Part shown: piece after piece, positions 32,901-40,604 of the stretch
Layout: the number at the start of each line of letters is the position of its first letter
Position numbering within the stretch: position 1 is the first letter of the stretch
Source: a virus
Direction: 5' to 3' (one strand)
DNA: 64,000 nt
Virus record (IMG/VR): IMGVR_UViG_3300028197_001221
Location: 32,001 to 96,000 of that record
The notes under the pieces: generated by a model
Told to the model about the DNA's origin: nothing
The model's database searches: none
The model's input: the letters and a program-made list of their open reading frames with translations, nothing else
Translations under genes and position numbers: made by a program

Positions 32901-34859
32901 ACTTCCAGAAGCTCCGGGGAAGAAACCTGCAATGGAGCCACTGATAGGTATAGTTCTTGCCATTCCTGTATTTTTAATTTTGCTAACCTTGTCTTTACTG
33001 TTTGCATAGTCTCTGTCAAAATTTTGAACAGCTGTTTGATCAGTTTTCTTAGTAGACGCTCTTGTCTCAGCAAGAAATTTCTTTTGATCTGCAACAGTCC
33101 CTTTTTGAGACATATCATGTAAGAACTTATTAGTTTTTGTTCTTCCTAGCATCTTAGATTTTTGTGTTGGACTACTAGCAAAAAAGAAATCCTCGTCAGT
33201 TCCGCGATCAGGAGTTTGATATCCTAATTTTTTCAAAACATTAAGATTAGTTATTTCTCCTTTGCCTGATATTCCAATTGTCCTGTCTATACCTTGTGAT
33301 GGTTGTAGGAAAAATCCACCAACTTGATTTGGGTCAACAACAATACCACCTTTAGCGTATTTATTGCTATTCATCGCCGCCAAATTAGAAGCGCCCAATT
33401 TTCCAACACTACTCTTTTTAATAACAAACTCACCGGGAGTTAACATGGCTGGAACTGTGTCTGTATTACCAGAGCCGGGAACTATACCTCCACTGTTGAA
33501 ACCACGAATAGCACCACCGCCTCCACCACCTCCACCGCCCATTACTCCACCTAAAAATCCACTAAGACCTTTAGCTAGTCTAATTGTAGCAAGTGTAGCA
33601 AGTATGGGAAGAAGTGGCTTGACAGCTTCTGCTATCTTAATCATAGCACTAGCTAGGTTTAAAGCAGAGTTAGCCATAGTTTGGAATGTGCTGGTTTCGC
33701 TAATACCTCTGATAAGCGCTAAGAACTCTTCTTTAACTTTTACAATTCTAACTGCTAACGAAGCTTGAGCTTTCGCAGCATCACCAGCTAAAGAATTAGA
33801 TCCTTCTTGTGCAACCTTAAGAGCTTCTTGTGCAACGGCGTATTCTTTGATCAAAGGCAGGACTTTACCAATCTGCCTAAATCCACCCAACTGTTCAGCA
33901 ATTTCAACAAACGTAATATCACCTTCTTGAAGCCCAGCTAAAGCTCTATTAAGTTCTCCAACAGCTCTATATGGGCCAATAAATTTACCTTCTAAATCAA
34001 CAAGTTCAACGCCAAACTTTTTTAAGTATTCTATTGTTTGAGGTCTTTGAATACGAGTAAATATAGTACGTAAACCAGTAGCAATACTTTCAGCAGATTC
34101 TCTAGTAGTTGATCTAACACTTGTGAACAGCGCGATAAGTTCATTGAGATCACCGCCAGCCTGTTTAAACACACCACCAGTTCTACGAATAGTAGCGATC
34201 AAGTCACCAGACTCAACAGCAAACTGACCAGCGACAGCATTCAAAGAACCAAGCTGGCCTTCTAATGCTCCAGCTCCTTTTTTAAACTGATTGAAGATAG
34301 CAACAGCGCCTTCAGCAGTTTGTGTAATGTTGTCAAAGGTAGGAGCAAGTTCTGATTTTGCAAGAGCATCTAGTGCGATTTTAGTTTCTCTAGCACTTAA
34401 ACCAGCCTGAGAGAGTATTCTACTGACACCCAAGATAGACTCAGACGCAACGCCAAAGCTTGTAGAAAGCCTAGTAATCTCTTGCGTAAGACCTTTTAGA
34501 TCTTGCATAGACTTTCCAGTAACCTGAGAAATTTTAATAAGTTCTCGTTCAAAGTCTATAGCAGACCTAACCGCATTACCAAGAGTGTTAGTGAATAAGC
34601 TAACAGCCCTAGTAGCCACAGCTAAAGCTGTAAATCTTCTTAAAGAAACATTAAAACTATTACCTAGTTTTTGAGCTGACTTATCAGCATCAGTTAATGC
34701 GCTAGAAAGATTGTTGACTTGTTGCTGTGCCTTTGCCGCAGTCTGTGCCTGTATATTTACATTAACTCCCTTTAGTTGGCTTTGTATTTGATTTACAACT
34801 TGACCAACGTTATTTGGAGCTTGTAATTGCAGTTGTGCAGTTAGTACAAATTTTGACAT
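26919..34859 (-). CDS. Tail tape measure protein
   Basis: 2646 aa, Ala/Gly/Lys-rich and helical. TP901-type N-terminal core (AIDFERELIKISQVTG...LSQAGLS), DTVPAMLTPGEFV motifs and hydrophobic segments. Confidence 0.9.
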   Translation of the reverse strand: MSKFVLTAQLQLQAPNNVGQVVNQIQSQLKGVNVNIQAQTAAKAQQQVNNLSSALTDADKSAQKLGNSFNVSLRRFTALAVATRAVSLFTNTLGNAVRSAIDFERELIKISQVTGKSMQDLKGLTQEITRLSTSFGVASESILGVSRILSQAGLSARETKIALDALAKSELAPTFDNITQTAEGAVAIFNQFKKGAGALEGQLGSLNAVAGQFAVESGDLIATIRRTGGVFKQAGGDLNELIALFTSVRSTTRESAESIATGLRTIFTRIQRPQTIEYLKKFGVELVDLEGKFIGPYRAVGELNRALAGLQEGDITFVEIAEQLGGFRQIGKVLPLIKEYAVAQEALKVAQEGSNSLAGDAAKAQASLAVRIVKVKEEFLALIRGISETSTFQTMANSALNLASAMIKIAEAVKPLLPILATLATIRLAKGLSGFLGGVMGGGGGGGGGAIRGFNSGGIVPGSGNTDTVPAMLTPGEFVIKKSSVGKLGASNLAAMNSNKYAKGGIVVDPNQVGGFFLQPSQGIDRTIGISGKGEITNLNVLKKLGYQTPDRGTDEDFFFASSPTQKSKMLGRTKTNKFLHDMSQKGTVADQKKFLAETRASTKKTDQTAVQNFDRDYANSKDKVSKIKNTGMARTIPISGSIAGFFPGASGSINSSVASMVNEQTSVALKSATNAAAIDVNKTLDNVRPEFDLNDGMLKAAADRISQDANALATTSGFVFEGIIDAITGAKLQGDKSRWDFKGDLMAKKEGLSKMFASDSSAFSGMLKADAKRSNTPKSIASIVKKIVNDINANDQSGYTFQKFASGGAATGTDTVPAMLTPGEFVVNKKTSQSIGYDNLNQMNKVGKYAAGGIVTSRRNTYGPKTASKPATFSGAVSSGPSGASTQITTTIESWNEAVNEGTKTVKDNTDVRKKGLMGFGAMNEGLIATSMALSFMTPVIDENSSSLERFGANMISSFSQLANVSLALSGTFSLMQTQMKGNIIADMFKGLNLKDMGKFLGGGGKLVNRAGTAARAVGTKAGLGAANAEGVVVATRAVASMAGPAIVATGSIFALTAVIDSLTDRATKLDNAIKDGNAAAAESIAFEKEGASAVNKLAIGFAAIGSFIPGIGPIFAGLTAAAIKLGSELPILGPMIKTTAMSLGYWMGGKSITTIKLEAGARAQAVKTQEALTNANKEATAAMRQFKEGNLSAIDALKRLDPDAATVQASADRSSARVKSIEENDKSGPASGFGRGFARVATFGVAGMMGMESGGQRNERLSKDQEAIKADQDKVDKDFLRSAQPLADNVMRQTANTNGSFEQYKNSLSKDTRETMERQGQFEAREDEDGKALPSIQEEAFANLKKEADRVRESFAAMNLAMQSATAAANAGVLAIDNYTRSQELGSNTLDSTIPTLEASITSAAQGISPDQFNSSLDNASKTLENLGANSEQIDKFRGNLTAVNAAQANMPAIFEATKKSMKEAFKSGRQAAGTMGERRSAFAKATGDELTKQGVDEKSVERLKKQIEGSDISDGQMKRVSEGDFSAFEEVIQKVGDNAMKQVLPALKAQAEAQKKLLTFTKARLDLEKKLIETKQRSIDLETEALKIQSEFGGASFTPEVQQQQLLKRSNVGVEGIKGVGSQSGIGAGDFKSRIDQLSNRRAEISSVRTDLAEGKSNEQARGKSGVEMSDELGRIDSALKEEYNSIKAAIDIRKQELSIIKEKNANEKAAADALIAGDDEAFFDKMGTAGAQAAIATGDKSLMNQFGPQALGMAAQENRRLQESGVDSLYGQKLSGPDGLTERSFGASFGAMGVDAPDLAKIAAGSTNEEAAKESEIRDLAGVLPELGKAMVDAAARDLEIAQKQEDAAQMQFDAAVLRTKEAIKSGEEAKNTAEVNTKVANINTDKVSESGDAASTGAKDGAGGAGGGGGGGDGGGGGIMGAIKGIFGMGGGAVANAGNMAKNAIGMGKNFVQSGGAGNLASRIGTEGGEILSRVGSRIGQTGIGKNFTAGRSLTRSVMGGVDNVPRPAGIMQKAGGMFERLNQASYGDDFAPSMMKRGQNLLNAGKNKAGSFFGDMATSFGVGKHGYGLEGMSRSGKPGVVNRASNFAGQTMRKVGQSQFGQRAAQFGSNLYQRGSNFLGGARNMAGNMGGGLKSGLSQIAKNKLDPTVLQKGRNAIGAGKNFFQNTAPQMMNASSQYMQKNAPGMLQTGKKMLQEGTEFVGSKMGNLSKMKIPGLDKIGPSIMKSLSKLPMLGKMASSGAKGIPGLGTALDGIMEGFSFISDPKAYHEDKKEKTGRDFGGMMDSWGVGFLKTGTQFDAALATVLGGLEGFLNPVGKIVEGFYNIVGGFKDVAGAISSSMKTAEMEEGVGMAMDHTAFKRAVGVGGDSSSIESFEKLGALDKSAANQRANMLFRRNEANAAGGDRSKFLSSTGMSEEDFTNTYGKDASMKDVKEQEQQMIDTDIKGRQDKRNRESYFYGSGESSDFDKGVKEQLAIRQAEKDQAASTPEATSATESQAESQKQAAEATKEVAKETKEVKEQQSKSPSTSTSVAAPTQRAAEAQAGVASGAGLDPEVMERFSSALSKFNTDLSANIDRLENTSIKITLDNTNVSVNINDGGILARLENLMGNVVKQKVVEELSKTSRNPDGSPRQTDSKMG

Positions 34860-34889
34860 ATGTTAAACTCACTAGCCACACTCTATCCG

Positions 34890-35783
34890 TTAGCTGTCCG
34901 CGCTTGCTTCTTTTTTCTTGGCTTTTGTTTTTCTTTTGGGCGTAACCTTCTCTTCTGTCTTTTTAACTTGCTTTCCAGTGTCGTCAACATACTTAAGGGG
35001 TGAAACATAATTTCCATCCTCATCAAGTTTATTTCCGTCTTTGTCTACCCTACCGCCATCGTTATCAACATACTGTCCCAAGCTGTTAATTCTGTTACCG
35101 TCTAAATCAACGGTCTCTCCCTTGTCATTAACAAGTGATAATTCATCATTAACAAAATTAAACTCCTTTAAGAATTTATTTTCTGGAAGATTAGCTTCAA
35201 AATCTTTATCTATAGAATACATCATTTGAGCTAAAGCGTTAGCAGCAGCAAAAGCGATCTCACTATCAGACTGTGAAGTATAATCATCTAATGTTTTATA
35301 CACCAATTCCCCATCAGCGTCATACGTGGAGTTAGCAACCAAAAAGTCAAAACGAGAGTTGTCTGAAAGCGAATCAGCAGTATTAGACTCTAGCGCCATT
35401 CTTTCAGAAATAAGCTCTCTTAGCTCTGATCTTTTCTGCCTCATCTCTATGGCTATGTCCTTAGCGTCAGAAGCTTTCATGGTTTTTTGAGAGTTCTTTC
35501 CAAGGTACAATTTTTTCTCTAGAGCTACAATGTCTTTAGTAATTTGATCTTGCTCTGAGTCTTTCTGCTTATCCCAGATACCTTGCTGTCGCATAAACTT
35601 GGCAAGTTCTTTCTTAGTCATAATGCCGTCCCTGACACAATCAGTCCAAGCCTTAGCTGCGACTCTTTGAGCTTTTGACATGAGATCACTAGGCGGTCTC
35701 TTAACAACAATCTTAACCGTCCTTTCTTCTCCTCCGTCTTCCTCAATTTTAACGTCTAGGTTTTTAGTTTTTTCCTTAATCAT
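34890..35783 (-). CDS. Putative tail assembly chaperone (paralog A) with VDxDG repeats
   Basis: Immediately upstream of the tape measure gene, helical, and similar to 36145..37170. Confidence 0.55.
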   Translation of the reverse strand: MIKEKTKNLDVKIEEDGGEERTVKIVVKRPPSDLMSKAQRVAAKAWTDCVRDGIMTKKELAKFMRQQGIWDKQKDSEQDQITKDIVALEKKLYLGKNSQKTMKASDAKDIAIEMRQKRSELRELISERMALESNTADSLSDNSRFDFLVANSTYDADGELVYKTLDDYTSQSDSEIAFAAANALAQMMYSIDKDFEANLPENKFLKEFNFVNDELSLVNDKGETVDLDGNRINSLGQYVDNDGGRVDKDGNKLDEDGNYVSPLKYVDDTGKQVKKTEEKVTPKRKTKAKKKEASADS

Positions 35784-35786
35784 ATC

Positions 35787-36140
35787 CTACTCCTCTTTTT
35801 GTGTAACGGGCATTGTTATTTGATACTTTAACCACTTCACATCATATTGAGACAACTCAGCATCAATATTTCTAGCTTGGTGATTACCTTTGTCTAAAAT
35901 CTGTGATCTTACTTTATCATAAAGATCTTTCATCAACTGTTTTTGTTCTGCGGATTGATCGTCAGACTCCCAGAGGAAACCAAAGCTTTCCTCTATAGTA
36001 CTCAAAGCCCCAATCATAGTCGTCTGTATTTTCTTTTTAAGAATTTTAGAAAGTCTATCTTTAGAACCTTGGGCATATTTATCGTCCCTGTTCTTTTTAT
36101 AGCTTTCTCTGTTTCTTCTCATTTCCTCGAAATTTTCCAT
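35787..36140 (-). CDS. Hypothetical helical protein in the chaperone region
   Basis: 117-aa ORF with AAGGA upstream. Confidence 0.7.
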   Translation of the reverse strand: MENFEEMRRNRESYKKNRDDKYAQGSKDRLSKILKKKIQTTMIGALSTIEESFGFLWESDDQSAEQKQLMKDLYDKVRSQILDKGNHQARNIDAELSQYDVKWLKYQITMPVTQKEE

Positions 36141-36144
36141 AATA

Positions 36145-37170
36145 CTATTTCCTTTTCTTCATTTCTTCATACATCTGTTTAGTGAGATCTCTCTGCACAT
36201 CTGGAAGTTTTATTCTATCTACAGCTCCTTCTTTTGCTACATAAGACAACCTTTCGTCTCGTATGTAAGCGCTTTGTTCATCATTCATATTAGTGATAGA
36301 TTTAACCTTTTCTTTATCTGTGGGGTTTGCCATTACAAACACTTCATCTTTTCCAGCATTAGAGCCAAGCGTTGAATCTACATCCTTTTCTTTTTTATCT
36401 TTTTCTCGTTTTTTAGTTTGTACTATAAACCAACCGTCTAACATGTCATCGTCTTTTATAACTTCTTCAGATGGAGCTTCCATATGTTCTTGTATGTTAT
36501 CGTAAAGCTTAGACCATATAACCAAATTCTTTTGGCTAAAGGTTAATTCTTTAAAGCCGTCTTGTATAAATAATGGGCAACTTGAAACATCTCTATTTGA
36601 CCAAATGGTTTTCCAAGGCTCATTTCTCGCCAAGTCTCTTATTTCAGATTCTTGTAAATTAAGATCTGACCAATAACCAATAGCATCGTTAAGAGAGTAT
36701 TCTTCAAAATTGTAAAGATGATTATCTTTATACGTGGTCTGACTAATTAGATAGGATGTCTTTTCTAGTCCTGATAATCCTTCACAAGTATTTGTAAAAT
36801 AACTAGTTTTAGTTGCGTTTTTACTGCCTAAAAGTTGTTTAGTAACTTGTAATATTTTTTTAAGACGACGTACTTCTTTTTTATCATAACGATTATTATA
36901 GATGTCTACTTTTGACTGATCTATTGCTTCTCTGAGTTTCTTTACCTCATCGTCGTCTGTTTTATGCCATAAGCCCTCCGATTTCATCCATCCTATCATA
37001 TCCCTTTCAGTCATAACGCCTTGTGATTTTAATTCATCAAAGCTTTCTTTATATACTGTAGCCGCTTCTAAACATTGTTCTATAGTTGGTGGTATTATCT
37101 TTAAACCATTTTTAACAATTATACCAGAACGTATAGTATAAATTAAAAGCTCCCGCATATGTTGTTCCAT
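36145..37170 (-). CDS. Putative tail assembly chaperone (paralog B, with C-terminal extension)
   Basis: Lies between the tube and tape measure genes. The N-terminal half aligns by eye with 34890..35783; the extension contains P.EEVIKDDDMLDGWF. Confidence 0.55.
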   Translation of the reverse strand: MEQHMRELLIYTIRSGIIVKNGLKIIPPTIEQCLEAATVYKESFDELKSQGVMTERDMIGWMKSEGLWHKTDDDEVKKLREAIDQSKVDIYNNRYDKKEVRRLKKILQVTKQLLGSKNATKTSYFTNTCEGLSGLEKTSYLISQTTYKDNHLYNFEEYSLNDAIGYWSDLNLQESEIRDLARNEPWKTIWSNRDVSSCPLFIQDGFKELTFSQKNLVIWSKLYDNIQEHMEAPSEEVIKDDDMLDGWFIVQTKKREKDKKEKDVDSTLGSNAGKDEVFVMANPTDKEKVKSITNMNDEQSAYIRDERLSYVAKEGAVDRIKLPDVQRDLTKQMYEEMKKRK

Positions 37171-37195
37171 AACAAAACCTCATTTACGGGAGCTT
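37147..37195 (-). promoter_or_regulatory. Hairpin enclosing the SD and start codon of 36145..37170
   Basis: mRNA: AAGCUCCCGUAAAUG-AGGUU-UUGUU-AUGG-AACAA-CAUAUGCGGGAGCUU. Confidence 0.65.
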
Positions 37196-37241
37196 CATAG
37201 AGTTGTTTCCTTTATCGTCCTGAATATTACTTATTCAGAAA

Positions 37242-37553
37242 CTATTCATCTTGTACATCAAGATTGTTAGCAACAAAGTCCAGATCAAAAGAGAACGTGT
37301 AGGTTCTTTTTAGGACATTGTTTGAAAGTGTTTGAGTTTGCGCGCTGCTTACTTTAGCAGAATCGCCGCTACCAATAACCTTATTGAAGTGATCACAAAG
37401 ATTAAAAATAATCTCCGAGCCGTCACCTGCCGTTACATCAGCTGATACCAAACCCGTATTATCTACAAGTACAGCACTAAGAGTGCTGCCCGCAGTAGAT
37501 TGATTAAAAACGCCGCTGCCACCAGATGCGCCAAATGCTTCGATTACTGACAT
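37242..37553 (-). CDS. Small hypothetical tail-associated protein
   Basis: 103-aa ORF after AAGGAG, directly downstream of the tube gene. Confidence 0.7.
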   Translation of the reverse strand: MSVIEAFGASGGSGVFNQSTAGSTLSAVLVDNTGLVSADVTAGDGSEIIFNLCDHFNKVIGSGDSAKVSSAQTQTLSNNVLKRTYTFSFDLDFVANNLDVQDE

Positions 37554-37584
37554 GTTTAATTCTCCTTATTTATTTTTTAGCTTA

Positions 37585-38496
37585 TTAAGCGTAGACAAAA
37601 TTATTGTATCCTGTATATGAATAGGAAACTGTAGCGTTTCCACCAGAAGCGTCACCGCCACTGTAATTCATGCCAGTACATCGACCAGAAATACCAACGT
37701 TACCAGTGCTACCACCAGCGGTATATGAGATTTTAATGGATGAATCAGCAGACTGAACATCAGTAGTCTGACCATCAGTGAAATTCAAACCTCCGTGATT
37801 AAGATTAGCTGAAACAGCGTTATAACTAACTTCTGCGCTACACTCAACTGGAAAGCTAGCTGCTCTAAAGTAAGGAGTCTTACTGCCAAACTCTAGCAAA
37901 TCTTCTCTACCAAAGTCGATGCTAACTGTAGCACTTTGTACTTTACCTGATTGACCTGCAATACCAGCAGCACTTAGTGTTAAATTTTGCCTCTTAGCTA
38001 CATTAGCAGTCCCCACAGCTGGACTCAAGGTAAGAGTCTCTGCTCCCCAAGTCTGATGATTACCAACAACAGTGATTGTATCACTAGATGTACCATCTGT
38101 AGAGAAGTTAGCACTGTAATTAGACATATAAACACCAGTGCATTCTACACCAATGATTCCTCCGGTATTTGTGTGAACACTTTCCGAGTCGTCTACAACT
38201 GCAAGAGTGACTGATTTTCTAAGTGTTGCTACCTTTGTAATGCTCTGGTTCGCACCAGCGAATAAACCATAAAGGTTTTCCGCACTATCAAAAACCCTCT
38301 CAATAGTAAGCTCAACCTCTGGTGTACCTTCGATATTCTCATAAATTTCAATCTGACCAAGCTGGAAAACCTGTTCTAGACCAAACGTGGAATTCACGCC
38401 AACGGACTGAACGCCGGTTAGGGCTGCGGAAGCATCACCCTTCTCCGGCCCGAAGCCTACTGCTTGGCAAGCGTAAAATATTCTATTTGTTGCCAT
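37585..38496 (-). CDS. Putative major tail tube protein
   Basis: 303 aa, beta-rich (GVQSVG...EQVFQLGQIEIYEN...ELTIER). It has its own promoter motif and AGGAG, and sits between connector genes and the chaperone/tape measure genes. Confidence 0.7.
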   Translation of the reverse strand: MATNRIFYACQAVGFGPEKGDASAALTGVQSVGVNSTFGLEQVFQLGQIEIYENIEGTPEVELTIERVFDSAENLYGLFAGANQSITKVATLRKSVTLAVVDDSESVHTNTGGIIGVECTGVYMSNYSANFSTDGTSSDTITVVGNHQTWGAETLTLSPAVGTANVAKRQNLTLSAAGIAGQSGKVQSATVSIDFGREDLLEFGSKTPYFRAASFPVECSAEVSYNAVSANLNHGGLNFTDGQTTDVQSADSSIKISYTAGGSTGNVGISGRCTGMNYSGGDASGGNATVSYSYTGYNNFVYA

Positions 38497-38530
38497 TATT
38501 TTTTCTCCTGTTATGATAAAGGAAACTCTA

Positions 38531-38543
38531 AATACATATACAC
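38531..38543 (-). promoter_or_regulatory. Putative late promoter GTGTATATGTATT
   Basis: Intergenic GTGTATA upstream of the tube gene. Confidence 0.6.
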
Positions 38544-38550
38544 AAAAACG

Positions 38551-39507
38551 CTAAATGTTTGTATTGATCGTCTCTAGCGTTGATCTGACGATTCCAGCAT
38601 AAAAATTAGTGTTTATCAGCTCCATACCCTGCACATTTGAGTTCTTAAACATAGCAGTTTTTGAAGTCCCATAATCTTCTAATATATCAGGATATCTCAA
38701 TGCTCCAGACACTGGAACACCTCGATAATCCATTGGAAAAGCGCCACTTTCCGCTAACGTGTCGTTATCAAACATTTGAAAAACCTTATCATTTTGGAAA
38801 GAAACTATGTCTACAAGGGTATTCCTCATAGTCTCAGTCTCTGCCAAACAGTGAAATAACACATCAGTCATAATCCATTGACCACCACCAAACTGGTAGG
38901 GGGTCATAGTTCGCCTAGGAACCACTTCTATAGCAATAGCGGGTAACTGCACCTTCATTTCAGAAGGAAGAGTAAAATCCGTATTGTCTATAGAATTGAG
39001 ATCTAAGCTCCTATATTGTATCTCTCTTAACCAAGGTAAAGAATTAGCATATATAACATTTATATATTTATAACTATGTTCTGCCTGTACCTTACTATCC
39101 GTTGGTAAAGAGTTATCAAATACGACTCTACCATTAAAATAATCTACATGATGAGCGTATGTACCAGTGGTGTCTGAGGGGTAAAATGTATCATTTACAT
39201 AAACTCCAGAGATTCCCGGTATAGCATTGTCAGAGCCAACAAGTGGAGCTGGAGAATAATTTATCCCAGACTGCCAAACCCAGTTCTTTCTAAACCCCTC
39301 CCAAGCCCTGCCACTGGCATAGCTTTGAGTGTTGGATAAAGTAAGCTTGCTGTAATCTTGACCGTTAGAAGAAGTCTCTCCCAACTCAGCATTGAAGTAA
39401 TTGCCCTTTTCTAACAAACCCCAATCAAAGAACTCTACTAAATTATCTTGTAGTTCATTGTTTAGTGTCGTTTCAAAGACATTGTTAAATCCTTTTAAAT
39501 AACTCAC
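38551..39507 (-). CDS. Putative tail terminator/neck protein
   Basis: VQLPAIAIE...DVLFHCLAETETMRNTLVD is a terminator-like pattern; the gene lies just before the tube gene. Confidence 0.5.
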   Translation of the reverse strand: MSYLKGFNNVFETTLNNELQDNLVEFFDWGLLEKGNYFNAELGETSSNGQDYSKLTLSNTQSYASGRAWEGFRKNWVWQSGINYSPAPLVGSDNAIPGISGVYVNDTFYPSDTTGTYAHHVDYFNGRVVFDNSLPTDSKVQAEHSYKYINVIYANSLPWLREIQYRSLDLNSIDNTDFTLPSEMKVQLPAIAIEVVPRRTMTPYQFGGGQWIMTDVLFHCLAETETMRNTLVDIVSFQNDKVFQMFDNDTLAESGAFPMDYRGVPVSGALRYPDILEDYGTSKTAMFKNSNVQGMELINTNFYAGIVRSTLETINTNI

Positions 39508-40121
39508 TGGAACACCTGCTGAAATATATTGGTAATAAACTGCTCAGACTCTTTACTAATTAAAGCTCTTGTAATAAAGTTATTATCTATTGTACCAGCA
39601 AATTCTGGTGGTACTCTAAAAGAAGCTCCCTTTTCCATTGTCCCCAAACCAGAACGACCTACGCCAGCTCCCGGTACATATTCATAGTTTATTACTATGG
39701 TTGTATCTCCTAAAGTAAGAAGCCACTTAAGCCAATGTAAATCTCCTTTTTCGTAAACCACATGGCCTTCTGGTAAAGATAAAATATCTGCCAATTCATA
39801 AGGCTGAACATTTATATCTATACCACCACCTTTTAATTTATCATCATAAGTTTTAACACTAACTCTTACAGAATTAATTACGGATTGTCTAATAGCATCT
39901 ACGCTGTTGTTGGGGTCTACTAATCCAAAGGCTCCTCTAAGATAACCACCTACTAAAGATTGAACTTCAGGTTGATTCATAATAGCAGAAGACACAAAAG
40001 GAACTATTTGACTTTGAATCTTTGGGCCATAATTTCTGATTTTTTTGTTAACCTCTTCTGCCAATGCTTTGTTAATCTTTGATTCTATTTGGGCCGTACT
40101 ATCTAATAATTTAATATACAT
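39504..40121 (-). CDS. Putative tail completion/neck protein
   Basis: Likely start MYIKLL at 40121 (TAATG overlap). Call based on position. Confidence 0.5.
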   Translation of the reverse strand: MYIKLLDSTAQIESKINKALAEEVNKKIRNYGPKIQSQIVPFVSSAIMNQPEVQSLVGGYLRGAFGLVDPNNSVDAIRQSVINSVRVSVKTYDDKLKGGGIDINVQPYELADILSLPEGHVVYEKGDLHWLKWLLTLGDTTIVINYEYVPGAGVGRSGLGTMEKGASFRVPPEFAGTIDNNFITRALISKESEQFITNIFQQVFQ

Positions 40122-40603
40122 TATGACCGTTTCCAAATCATTCCAAAATATCTATCTTGTTTTAATCCTAGTGGAATGAATTCGCCATCTGGAACAAACC
40201 TAAGTTCTTTTTTATCCTTAATATCTTTGTGAACAATAAGTTCTTTAGCTCTTAGAACAGATGCTAAATCGGACATTTTGCCAACGATTTGTACAGCAGA
40301 GTCTGGAACCTGCATAGAATCTGTTACTCCAACCCATTGTTTCTGATCCCAATAAACTTTGAGTTTAATGTCTGTTAAGACTTCTACTTCTTTAATAGTC
40401 TTAGTGCCAACATTTCTGTCTCCACCGCCCCTTCTGTGATCATTAATTGTATTTACATCTGGTAGATTATTGTCAGGATTGTAAACGATTTCTTCTCTTT
40501 TTTCTATAGACACCAACTGACATGTGACACCAAAAATGTCAAAAGTAGAGTCGAGAACATCGTAGTATTTATCAAATACATCTTGGTTTATTGAAAGAGC
40601 CAT
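40121..40603 (-). CDS. Putative head-closure (stopper) protein
   Basis: 160 aa, beta-rich. Call based on position in the connector block. Confidence 0.45.
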   Translation of the reverse strand: MALSINQDVFDKYYDVLDSTFDIFGVTCQLVSIEKREEIVYNPDNNLPDVNTINDHRRGGGDRNVGTKTIKEVEVLTDIKLKVYWDQKQWVGVTDSMQVPDSAVQIVGKMSDLASVLRAKELIVHKDIKDKKELRFVPDGEFIPLGLKQDRYFGMIWKRS

Positions 40604-40604
40604 G

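Noticed and set aside
13385-33768. Many short + strand ORFs inside the giant and tape measure genes
   Set aside because: Antisense shadow ORFs with no recognisable motifs.
13291-34859. Inteins or introns explaining the giant ORF sizes
   Set aside because: I recognised no intein splice motifs or LAGLIDADG blocks, and the frames are uninterrupted.
37220-37238. Small hairpin CTGAATA-ttact-TATTCAG
   Set aside because: A weak AU-rich 7-bp stem with no U-tract on the coding strand.
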